In this document: positions 17,447 to 26,937 of the stretch, piece by piece
How positions within the stretch are numbered: the stretch's first letter is position 1
Layout of the letters: the number at the start of each line of letters is the position of its first letter
The notes under the pieces: model-generated
Told to the model about the DNA's origin: nothing
Database searches by the model: none
Seen by the model: only the letters and a program-made list of their open reading frames with translations
Position numbers and translations under genes: made by a program
DNA from: an uncultured Clostridia bacterium
Lineage (GTDB): Bacteria; Bacillota; Clostridia; Peptostreptococcales; Acidaminobacteraceae
Assembly: GCA_927417275.1 (NCBI GenBank)
Contig: CAKMJV010000007.1
Span: 1 to 32,000, forward strand
Length of the DNA stretch: 32,000 bases
Reading direction: 5' to 3'

Positions 17447-17460
17447 CGAACGTATGTTCA
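17447..17460 (+). promoter_or_regulatory. LexA operator (Cheo / SOS box)
   Basis: CGAACGTATGTTCA matches the Firmicutes consensus CGAAC-N4-GTTCG at 13 of 14 positions. It lies 8 nt downstream of an extended -10 TGATAGAAT (17431-17439) and 16 nt upstream of the helicase start codon. Confidence 0.7.
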
Positions 17461-17475
17461 CAAAGGATGTTGATT

Positions 17476-19836
17476 ATGGAAATGCAACCATTTAAAATTT
17501 CAGTTAGAGGACTTGTGGAATTTGTATATCGCTATGGTGATTTAGATTTGCGTTTTCAAGGCAAGTCCAAAATGGCCGAGGGCATTAAAGTGCATCAAAA
17601 AATACAAAAATCTCAAGGCGCAGATTATAAAGCCGAAGTTCAAATGCAAACCACGATTCAGTTAGAAGAAGATGGGATTGAGCTGGTCATAAATGGCCGT
17701 GCAGATGGTGTTTTAAAAACTGAAATGGGCTATATCATCGATGAGATTAAAGGGACTTCTCAATTTGTAGAAGACATAGAAATCGTAACTTATCCTGTAC
17801 ACTGGGCACAAGCTAAAATTTATGGTGCAATATTTTGTGCAGATCATGCACTTGATCAGGTGACCATCCAACTTACTTATGCGCATTTTGAAAGTGGGAA
17901 TATTCATCGGTTAAGGGAAGAACATACCCGGGAATCATTGCAATCATTTTTAATGGAGACTGTTCAGCGCTATAAGAAGTGGTTGATTTTTAAACGCGAT
18001 TGGCAATTTAAACGCACACAGTGCTTAAATGAAATGACATTTCCCTTTGAGGCTTATCGAAAAGGTCAAAGAAATCTTGCGATTTCTATCTACAACACTG
18101 TGCGTGAGGGGGGTGTGTTGTATGCTGAAGCACCCACAGGAATCGGAAAAACGATGTCGACGCTTTTTCCTGGATTGAAAGCGATGGCTCAAGGGTATAC
18201 AGAGCGTATATTCTATTTGTCTGCAAAAACGATTACGAAAGTGGTTGCTGAAGACGCGTTAAAACGTTTACGTCATGCGTCTAAATCAAGATTTCACCTT
18301 AAGCATATAACCCTTACGGCGAAAGATAAGATTTGCTTAAATCAAAAAGTAACGTGCTATCCTGAAAAGTGTGAATATGCCAAAGGCTACTATGATAAAA
18401 GTTTGGAAGCCATTTGGGATATTATTAATAACGAGGATGCATTTACAAAAGAAACGCTTGTGGTCTATGCTGAAAAGTATAAACTGTGTCCTTATGAGTT
18501 TTCATTAGATGTCGCGCTTTTTTCAGATGTGGTCATATGCGATTACAATTACGCTTTTGATCCACGTGTGTATTTGCGTCGTTTTTTTGAAATGCCGACA
18601 GAATCTTATGTGCTTTTGGTTGACGAAGCACACAACTTAGTGGACCGTGCACGGATGATGTTTTCGGTTGAAATAGGCAAAGACAAATTCTATGACTTAA
18701 AAAAGAAACTGTTGCCTCAAGACAAAACCCTAGGCAAAGCGCTAGAGGGAATTAACAAGATGTTTTTAAGTGTTAGAAAAAGGTGCGATGAAAAAGGGAT
18801 TTATGTAAGTGCTGACGCAGATGAAACGGTTTATGAGCAGTTGAAAAAGAGGTCTCAAGTCTTCGAAAAGTGGCTTTCTGATAACCATCAAGCAGACTAT
18901 TATGACGAAGTTTTAGAACGATACTTTGATATGCTGGGATACCTTCGTATCGGGGAACTCTATGATGATGGATTTGTATTTTATATTTCTGAAGGACACA
19001 CCACGCATACTACTTTCAAATTATTTTGTATCAATCCCGCCACTCAACTGAAGCGTTTTATTGGGGGAAGTGCGGCTACGGTCTTTTTCTCCGCAACATT
19101 ATCACCGATGAATTACTATGCGATGTTACTAAGTGGCGAGTCGTCACCTAAAGGATTAATGTTACCTTCCCCATTTGATGCACGTAAATGTAAGACTTTA
19201 TTTGCCACGGATGTCTCTGTAAAGTATAAGGATCGAGACGATGCTGCTTTAAAAATAATCCACTATATCCATGCCATGGCAAAGGCTAAAATCGGAAATT
19301 ATATGGTGTTTTTCCCTTCACATACGTATATGCATCAGGTCTTGGACTTGTTTGAAAACCTTTATGCAAGTAAATATGATATAATTAAACAGAAACGTAC
19401 GCTTAGCGAAAACGAGAAGGTTGAATATTTAGAGGCTTTTAGCGTAGGCGCGACAGAAAAATCTAGGATTGGCTTTACAGTATTAGGGGGACATTTTTCA
19501 GAAGGCATTGACTTAAAAGGTGATTTGCTTATCGGTGTTATGGTAATCGGTGTGGGTCTACCTATGATGAATTTTGAAAATGATCTTATAAAGCATCATT
19601 TTGATTATGCGCATGGCACGGGTTTCGAATTTGCTTATCAGTACCCTGGGCTCAATAAAGTGATGCAAAGTGCGGGTCGCGTCATAAGAGATGATGATGA
19701 TCGCGGCGTAGTGATCTTAGTGGATCAAAGGTACCAACAACATTACTATCGAAATATTTTGCCGAAAACATGGGGCAAAGAAACAACTTCAATTGATTCT
19801 ATTGATAATCAATTGGTTGAATTTTGGGAGGAATAA
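17476..19836 (+). CDS. RecB-family PD-(D/E)XK nuclease fused to an XPD/DinG-type (Fe-S) SF2 DNA helicase
   Basis: The N-terminal ~130 aa carry GRADGV, IIDEIKG (D...ExK) and HWAQAKIYG (QxxxY). The helicase part has motif I (AEAPTGIGKT), a four-Cys cluster (CLNQKVTCYPEKCEY...LCPYEF), DEAH (LLVDEAHNL), and C-terminal GHFSEGIDL and QSAGRVIR. The start could be 17467, 17476 or 17482; I chose 17476 because the spacing from aaagga fits best. Confidence 0.85.
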   Translation: MEMQPFKISVRGLVEFVYRYGDLDLRFQGKSKMAEGIKVHQKIQKSQGADYKAEVQMQTTIQLEEDGIELVINGRADGVLKTEMGYIIDEIKGTSQFVEDIEIVTYPVHWAQAKIYGAIFCADHALDQVTIQLTYAHFESGNIHRLREEHTRESLQSFLMETVQRYKKWLIFKRDWQFKRTQCLNEMTFPFEAYRKGQRNLAISIYNTVREGGVLYAEAPTGIGKTMSTLFPGLKAMAQGYTERIFYLSAKTITKVVAEDALKRLRHASKSRFHLKHITLTAKDKICLNQKVTCYPEKCEYAKGYYDKSLEAIWDIINNEDAFTKETLVVYAEKYKLCPYEFSLDVALFSDVVICDYNYAFDPRVYLRRFFEMPTESYVLLVDEAHNLVDRARMMFSVEIGKDKFYDLKKKLLPQDKTLGKALEGINKMFLSVRKRCDEKGIYVSADADETVYEQLKKRSQVFEKWLSDNHQADYYDEVLERYFDMLGYLRIGELYDDGFVFYISEGHTTHTTFKLFCINPATQLKRFIGGSAATVFFSATLSPMNYYAMLLSGESSPKGLMLPSPFDARKCKTLFATDVSVKYKDRDDAALKIIHYIHAMAKAKIGNYMVFFPSHTYMHQVLDLFENLYASKYDIIKQKRTLSENEKVEYLEAFSVGATEKSRIGFTVLGGHFSEGIDLKGDLLIGVMVIGVGLPMMNFENDLIKHHFDYAHGTGFEFAYQYPGLNKVMQSAGRVIRDDDDRGVVILVDQRYQQHYYRNILPKTWGKETTSIDSIDNQLVEFWEE

Positions 19837-19838
19837 AC

Positions 19839-20699
19839 ATGAAAGTAAGAAAAGCCGTCATTCCAGCTGCTGGTTTTGGCACACGTTTTTTGCCAGCGAC
19901 GAAATCAATGCCGAAAGAAATGTTAACGATAGTGGATCGACCTGCTATACACTATAATGTAGAAGAACTCATCGAAGCAGGTATAGAAGATATTTTAATC
20001 ATCATTGGTAGAAATAAAGAAGAGATTGCTAATTACTTTGATCGATCACCGGAACTTGAACTGCTTTTAAAAGAAGGTGGAAAAGAAGAGCTTTACGAGC
20101 TCACCGAACGCATCTCTAATATGGCAAACATTCATTATGTCCGTCAAAAAGATGCAAAGGGACTTGGACATGCGGTTTTATGCGCCAAAACTTTCGTTGG
20201 AGACGAGCCGTTTGCATTGCTTTTAGGTGACGATTTGGTGCACGCTACTGTACCGTGTATCAAACAACTAACGGATATGTATGATAAATATGAATCTACG
20301 ATTATAGGTGTTCAGACTGTAGAGAAGAATCAAGTTAATAAATATGGCATCGTCGATGGCGTAAAAGTTGAAGATCATTTATATGAAGTAAAAGGATTGG
20401 TTGAAAAACCTTCAGTGGAAGAGGCGCCTTCTAATGTCGCCATTATGGGAAGATATGTCTTAACACCGGATATTTTTGAGATGATCGAAAAAACGGCACC
20501 AGGAAAGGGTGGCGAAATTCAACTGACCGATGCGCTTATGCTTTTAAATGAAGAAAAGGGCATCTATGCATTTGAGTTTGAAGGTAAGCGTTATGACACG
20601 GGCGATAAACTTGGCTATCTAATCGCTACCGTGGAATATGCACTTAGAAATGAAGAACTTTCTACAGACTTTAGGGATTATTTAAAAACGATTATATAA
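19839..20699 (+). CDS. galU: UTP--glucose-1-phosphate uridylyltransferase
   Basis: It begins MKVRKAVIPAAGFGTRFLPATKSMPKEML and contains LVEKP and GKRYDTGDKLGYL. I prefer the ATG at 19839, with RBS gggagga, over the ORF-track start at 19824, which overlaps the helicase gene. Confidence 0.95.
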   Translation: MKVRKAVIPAAGFGTRFLPATKSMPKEMLTIVDRPAIHYNVEELIEAGIEDILIIIGRNKEEIANYFDRSPELELLLKEGGKEELYELTERISNMANIHYVRQKDAKGLGHAVLCAKTFVGDEPFALLLGDDLVHATVPCIKQLTDMYDKYESTIIGVQTVEKNQVNKYGIVDGVKVEDHLYEVKGLVEKPSVEEAPSNVAIMGRYVLTPDIFEMIEKTAPGKGGEIQLTDALMLLNEEKGIYAFEFEGKRYDTGDKLGYLIATVEYALRNEELSTDFRDYLKTII

Positions 20700-20708
20700 G
20701 CATATTAA

Positions 20709-20736
20709 GAGGCGATGGCGTTAAAGCCATCGCCTC
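20709..20736. repeat. 28-nt perfect hairpin, copy 1 (H1)
   Basis: gaggcgatggc-gttaaa-gccatcgcctc, with an 11-bp perfect stem. No U-tract follows it on either strand. Confidence 0.9.
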
Positions 20737-20772
20737 AGCTTGACGACAAACGCCGATAACTGCGTCAACTTC

Positions 20773-20826
20773 AAAAATCTGCCTTCTTACGTATGTCTGA
20801 ATACGCTGCGAATGCAGATTTTTTCA
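20773..20826. terminator. Possible bidirectional terminator in the centre of the galU/pepV spacer
   Basis: aaaaatctgc (20773-20782) pairs with gcagattttt (20814-20823). There is an inner 5-bp stem, cgtat / atacg. It has an A-tract on the 5' side and T6 on the 3' side. Confidence 0.4.
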
Positions 20827-20859
20827 TTTCCTTGTTCTCGACGTTTCTCGACAAGCTCA

Positions 20860-20886
20860 CAGACAGTAGACTTTGTCTACTGTCTG
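20860..20886. other. 12-bp perfect hairpin (H3) abutting H2
   Basis: cagacagtagac-ttt-gtctactgtctg. Its last G is the first base of H2. Confidence 0.85.
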
Positions 20887-20913
20887 AGGCAATGGCGTTA
20901 AAGCCATTGCCTC
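20886..20913. repeat. 28-nt perfect hairpin, copy 2 (H2)
   Basis: gaggcaatggc-gttaaa-gccattgcctc. It is identical to H1 except at positions 6 and 23, which pair with each other (G:C in H1, A:T in H2). Confidence 0.9.
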
Positions 20914-20931
20914 TTGTAATATAAATGAACA

Positions 20932-22317
20932 CTATGTGAGTTCTACCATTGCTTGCGCGTATATTTCTGTCATCGTCATAAAAGCATCGATTGCCATGTA
21001 TTCATCCTTTTGATGCATGGTATCTTCTTGATTTGGAAAGAGCGCACCAAATGCAACCGCATTAGGGAGTGCCCGAGCATAGGTGCCACCGCCGATGGTA
21101 ATCGGCTTTGCTTCATAGTCACCGGTCTTTTCTCTATACACTTTCATGAGTGTTTCTACAAGTGGATGCGTCGGTTCAAAATAGAGTGGCTTTGCACAGA
21201 ACCAATTTTCTATTTTGATGCTTGTGCCCTCTACACTTTTTGTTATGGCAGAATGAAGCGTTTCCTCATCCAATGTGATAGGGTAGCGGATGTTGATGGT
21301 CGCCTTACCTTGGTTTGCATCCATTTTAATGACGCCTAAGTTGAGTACCAATGGATTATAGGCATCTTTAAAATCGACGCCCATACGTTCACCTGTTGTG
21401 TCCATGCCAATGTTACGTGCTAAAAATCTTATAAAATTTGCCGCATCCCCAACTTGTAGGTCGATGAGTTCGAGATAAGTTATGAGCTGTGAAATAGCGT
21501 TTAAACCGTTTTCGGGTGTGCTGCCATGTGCGGAAATACCGTGTGATGTTAGTTTTATGCGTTTATCTGAGAGTGCTTCGTACGCAAGTCGTGTTCCTTT
21601 TGTTTCGTTAAAAGCATCTAGTATGTGTTTAATGGGTTGTGAGTCCGATAGTAGCACCTCTGCATGATCTGGCACCATATTAGGGGCTTGGCCACCTTCT
21701 AAGGATATGATTTGAACACCATCATCGGGTACTTTGTCCGTGAAAACAGAAACCAATTCAAAAAATGCAATCCCCATTTCTCCATGAATTACGGGAAAGT
21801 CTGCATCGGGACTAAAGGATAACGTAGGAATTTCTTCATGGGCAATGTAGTGTGCGATGCAAGCGCTTCCACTTTCCTCGTTTGTGCCGCATATTAATCG
21901 GATGCGCTTGTTTGGTACATAACCGCTATCTTTTAGTGCTTTCATGGCGTACAGCGAAGCGATCGCGGGTCCTTTATTATCGATGGCACCCCGACCATAA
22001 ATCTTATCATTTGTAACTGTACCGCTGAAAGGCGGATAGGACCAATTTTCTCCTTCTGGAACCACATCTAAATGGCATAATATGCCGAGCATTTCATCGC
22101 CTGTGCCATATTCTATATAACCTGCGTAATTATCGATATTCTTTGTGGTGAAACCCATGGACTCGCCCAGCGCTAAGAAGTATTCTAGCGCCATTTGAAT
22201 GTCTTTGCCGAAGGGCATGTTGCCTTCTGCAGCCGTGCGTACACTTTTCTTCTGAATCAGTTTGGATAATGCGTCGATCATTTCATTTTTATTCTTTAGT
22301 ATCATTTCATTGATCAT
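20932..22317 (-). CDS. pepV: M20-family dipeptidase PepV (Sapep/Xaa-His type)
   Basis: Motifs seen are GILCHLDVVPEG, GRGAIDNKG and CGTNEESGS. The length (461 aa) is typical. The RBS is aggggag. Its start overlaps the upstream gene by 11 nt. Confidence 0.9.
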   Translation of the reverse strand: MINEMILKNKNEMIDALSKLIQKKSVRTAAEGNMPFGKDIQMALEYFLALGESMGFTTKNIDNYAGYIEYGTGDEMLGILCHLDVVPEGENWSYPPFSGTVTNDKIYGRGAIDNKGPAIASLYAMKALKDSGYVPNKRIRLICGTNEESGSACIAHYIAHEEIPTLSFSPDADFPVIHGEMGIAFFELVSVFTDKVPDDGVQIISLEGGQAPNMVPDHAEVLLSDSQPIKHILDAFNETKGTRLAYEALSDKRIKLTSHGISAHGSTPENGLNAISQLITYLELIDLQVGDAANFIRFLARNIGMDTTGERMGVDFKDAYNPLVLNLGVIKMDANQGKATINIRYPITLDEETLHSAITKSVEGTSIKIENWFCAKPLYFEPTHPLVETLMKVYREKTGDYEAKPITIGGGTYARALPNAVAFGALFPNQEDTMHQKDEYMAIDAFMTMTEIYAQAMVELT

Positions 22318-23146
22318 TTAGATTCTCCCCTAAAAAGTCATTATGGATATGGTTTTTTATAAAATCGTCGATGGTCATCGTTTCTGATAAAACTTGTGTT
22401 AATGATTCAAAGGCTTCTTTTATAACCTGTATACCTAATAAGTAAGAAGTTTTGAAGGTTTCGAATTGATAGGTTTCCGGCTGTATATCATCGGGATATG
22501 TGAGCATAGATAAATCATAGTGCATAAGACGCGAGAACATTGGCACAAATGGTATTTTACGAATGCGGTTCTTAAGCAAAAGATTTTGAATAAAAACCAT
22601 GTGCTTGTTTGCTTTTGCTAATGATTCGGTGTCCATGTTTATTCTAAAACAGTGGTCGAGGTGGTGGATCCAAAAGGGTGTAAAATGTTCCGACATCTGA
22701 ATGTGATTGCATATGAAAGGATGAATGTCTAAATCTTTTAACGCTTTATGCCAGATTTGTTTGAAACATAATGCATCAAGTGCCATTTCCACGCGTTTAT
22801 GTGAATCGCTATCTGGACCGAGTTTGCAGATCAGTGGATGGCAATGTACATCTAAGATGTAATGCGATAAATAGCCTGCAAAATAGGCGATGTTCTCAGG
22901 GGTAGGGTGTGTGCGTAAGTAATGCAGCATGCTGTCGAATTGTTTGGTTATTTGCTTCTCGTGTATGAGATTGCCGATTGAGCCATAATGTTTTTTTGTG
23001 AATGGATTCATCTTATTAATATAGTAGAAAAAATCAGGGCCTTGTGCACCAAATAAATAAAGTGATCGCGCATCGTCGGTGATCAAAATATTATTTGCAT
23101 TTAGCGCTTCAAGTGCTGCGTATTGGTGACTCCAAAAATCTGGCAT
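22307..23146 (-). CDS. Zinc-dependent phospholipase C-like family protein (cytoplasmic, function unknown)
   Basis: It has MPDFWSHQYAA, GAQGPDFFYY and GYLSHYILDVHCHP His-rich motifs and no signal peptide. I prefer the ATG at 23146, with RBS agggaggtg, over the ORF-track start at 23200. Confidence 0.7.
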   Translation of the reverse strand: MPDFWSHQYAALEALNANNILITDDARSLYLFGAQGPDFFYYINKMNPFTKKHYGSIGNLIHEKQITKQFDSMLHYLRTHPTPENIAYFAGYLSHYILDVHCHPLICKLGPDSDSHKRVEMALDALCFKQIWHKALKDLDIHPFICNHIQMSEHFTPFWIHHLDHCFRINMDTESLAKANKHMVFIQNLLLKNRIRKIPFVPMFSRLMHYDLSMLTYPDDIQPETYQFETFKTSYLLGIQVIKEAFESLTQVLSETMTIDDFIKNHIHNDFLGENLNDQ

Positions 23147-23252
23147 TTTGCACCTCCCTTTATACTTACTACTATTATACAATGGACTATTGTCTTTCAC
23201 TATATTAAAAGATAAAATAAGAGTGCTAGATTTATAAGGAAGAAGGTTAACG

Positions 23253-24437
23253 ATGGCAAATTATGAAATTGCACTTATAGAATCAATCATCCATACATCA
23301 GAGTTGATTTTTTGTGTTTTAAGTGGCGTGAGAAGTGGCGCAAATGGCACTTACACAAAAGTAGATGTTAAACCCGTTTTAATAAAAACGGAACTTCAGT
23401 ATCAAGTGACTTTTTATGAAGGCGAAAAGGTAAAACATCAAAATTTTGCGCCTGATGCCGTAATCGATTTTTTGGCGTCTCATGTGGGCATCTATTTTAA
23501 ACAAGCACACCTTTTCACGAAATCAAATGATTATCAGATTTTGTTTAGTAAAAAGGGAAAAGGCACCGTGCTCAAAAAACCACCTTCGCGTTTCGTCGTC
23601 GATTTAAATCACAATCGCGTGAAGCAATATTTGATTCCTGAAGGGACGCCGTGTGATTTCATGTGCGAACTAGGCGTTATGGATGCAACGGGCAAAGTGT
23701 TTAAGAAGAAATACGACAAGTTTAGACAACTGAATAAGTACTTAGAATTTGTAGACGACAGTTTAGAGGTTTTAGGAGACGATATAACCATCGTGGATTT
23801 TGGTTGTGGCAAAGCGTATTTGACATTTGCACTTTATTATTATCTGGTTAAAGTGATGAACAAGACGGTTCAAATCGTTGGGTTGGATTTAAAAGAAGAT
23901 GTGATCGACTTTTGTAATATGACGGCGCGCAAGTTAAATTATGAAGGTCTGCATTTTCAATTGGGAGACATTAAGCATTATAATCGCGATGAAAAAGTCG
24001 ACATGGTGGTTTCACTACACGCTTGTGACACAGCCACCGATGAAGCGCTGGGCAAAGCGGTACACTGGGGTGCGAAAGTGATTTATGCAGTGCCTTGCTG
24101 CCAGCATGAACTTTTTAATCAACTAAAGAATGAAGAGATGGCGCCGCTGCTGGAACATGGAATCGTCAAGGACAAATTGGCTACGATTGTAACGGACACA
24201 TTAAGAGCGAAGGCTTTAGAGGCAGTGGGTTATCGCGTTCAAATGCTAGAATTCATCGATATGACGCATACGCCAAAAAACATATTAATCCGCGCAATAA
24301 AAGAGCCTGCAACGCCGACACAATTAAATCATGCATACGATCGATTTGTTGCGTTTAAAGCAGCTTGGTCTGTAAAACCGAGAATCGAATCGGTTTTAAT
24401 GCCTTTTTTTCGAAAAGACCGTGAAAAGTCCGAATAA
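23253..24437 (+). CDS. Class I SAM-dependent methyltransferase (Methyltransf_32-like) with an unassigned ~170-aa N-terminal domain
   Basis: It has motif I (IVDFGCGKAYLTF), VGLDLK, and LHACDTATD followed by PCCQHE. The RBS is aaggaagaagg. Confidence 0.75.
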   Translation: MANYEIALIESIIHTSELIFCVLSGVRSGANGTYTKVDVKPVLIKTELQYQVTFYEGEKVKHQNFAPDAVIDFLASHVGIYFKQAHLFTKSNDYQILFSKKGKGTVLKKPPSRFVVDLNHNRVKQYLIPEGTPCDFMCELGVMDATGKVFKKKYDKFRQLNKYLEFVDDSLEVLGDDITIVDFGCGKAYLTFALYYYLVKVMNKTVQIVGLDLKEDVIDFCNMTARKLNYEGLHFQLGDIKHYNRDEKVDMVVSLHACDTATDEALGKAVHWGAKVIYAVPCCQHELFNQLKNEEMAPLLEHGIVKDKLATIVTDTLRAKALEAVGYRVQMLEFIDMTHTPKNILIRAIKEPATPTQLNHAYDRFVAFKAAWSVKPRIESVLMPFFRKDREKSE

Positions 24438-24472
24438 TGTTTATTAAGTTTTGAAAATAATTCGTACTCCAA

Positions 24473-24501
24473 TTGACTTTAGACACCGTGTCTGTTACGA
24501 T
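24473..24501 (+). promoter_or_regulatory. Putative sigma-A promoter of purA with an embedded palindrome
   Basis: TTGACT (24473-24478), a 17-nt spacer, then an extended -10 TGTTACGAT (24493-24501). The spacer contains AGACAC-C-GTGTCT (24481-24493). Confidence 0.5.
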
Positions 24502-24503
24502 GA

Positions 24504-25853
<1,350 letters not shown>

Positions 25854-25879
25854 CGATTAAATAGCATAACCAATAAAAA

Positions 25880-25945
25880 GTGGCTGTTACAAAACATTCG
25901 AATGTATTTTCTCGAATATGATTTGTAACAGCCACTCATTTTTTA
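25880..25945. terminator. Bidirectional terminator between convergent purA and dnaI
   Basis: A 14-bp perfect stem, gtggctgttacaaa (25880-25893) / tttgtaacagccac (25922-25935), is flanked by A5 on the 5' side and T6 on the 3' side. The 28-nt loop contains the palindrome cattcgaatg. Confidence 0.8.
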
Positions 25946-25950
25946 TAGAT

Positions 25951-26925
25951 TTATGACTCCCATCGGATATCGGGTCCGAAAAATTTGATGAGGTTATAAT
26001 GCCCTTTGATTCTCGAGTCGATTCGGTCGTTATAAAAACTTACGAGTTCTGATAGTTTGATGTTTGTTGAGATAATCGTAGATTTTTCATTTTGAATGCG
26101 CGTATTGATGATGTTGTAGAATTCACTGATGGTGAACGTGTTTGCTGATTCGGTGCCTAAATCATCGATAATGAGTAAATCCACGTTGAACAGTTGCTCA
26201 TAGGCCATTTGAACAAATGGGTTGTTTTTTTCAGTAAAGGCTTTGCGTTCCAATATGGATATGATGCTAAAGGGTGTTTGATAGATTACAGAATACCCTT
26301 TGTCGAGTAGGTCTTTGGCGATACAATTGCACAAATATGTTTTTCCAAGTCCACTTGAACCGTAAAAAAATAGATTTCGTCCGTTAGGAAAACTTGAAAC
26401 AAAAGATTCTGTTTCAGAAAGTATTTTTTTCATATTATCTCTTTGTGTCAGTTGTTCTTTGGGCAGAATGTTCGATGAAAAAACACTTAGATTAAAATGA
26501 TTAAAGTTTTGTTTTTCAAGCAGTTTTTCGATGCCAGACATGGCGTACGCACGACTAATGAGTTTTTGCTTAAAACATGAACAACGTGTACTGTGTTCCA
26601 CAAAGCCTGTATCCTTGCATTTTTTACACGTATACTGCATCTCTAAATAATCAACAGGAATGTTTAAGTCGGTCATAAGCACAGATTTTTCGCTTTTTAA
26701 AGCATCCAATTCTACTTTTAACTGCCGGAGTAATTCTTCCGTGTTATTTGGTGATTTGAGCACGGTCTTTGAAATTTGAGCGCTGATTTGACTCATTTTT
26801 AAATCGATTTGAGCAAATCGAGGGTATTTTTCATAGAGCAGTGTTTTTCGATGTTTGCGCTCGGCTTTGTGTTTGTCTTGCTCGGCGCGATACGATTCTA
26901 ATATTTCCTGATAAATGGTATTCAT
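25951..26925 (-). CDS. dnaI: Primosomal helicase loader DnaI (DnaC/IstB-like AAA+ ATPase)
   Basis: It has an N-terminal zinc module (CKKCKDTGF...CSCF), Walker A (GSSGLGKTYL) and Walker B (LLIIDDLGTE). It starts 12 nt downstream of the DnaD-domain gene, matching the B. subtilis dnaB-dnaI arrangement. Confidence 0.85.
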   Translation of the reverse strand: MNTIYQEILESYRAEQDKHKAERKHRKTLLYEKYPRFAQIDLKMSQISAQISKTVLKSPNNTEELLRQLKVELDALKSEKSVLMTDLNIPVDYLEMQYTCKKCKDTGFVEHSTRCSCFKQKLISRAYAMSGIEKLLEKQNFNHFNLSVFSSNILPKEQLTQRDNMKKILSETESFVSSFPNGRNLFFYGSSGLGKTYLCNCIAKDLLDKGYSVIYQTPFSIISILERKAFTEKNNPFVQMAYEQLFNVDLLIIDDLGTESANTFTISEFYNIINTRIQNEKSTIISTNIKLSELVSFYNDRIDSRIKGHYNLIKFFGPDIRWES

Positions 26926-26937
26926 AGCAAGGCATCC

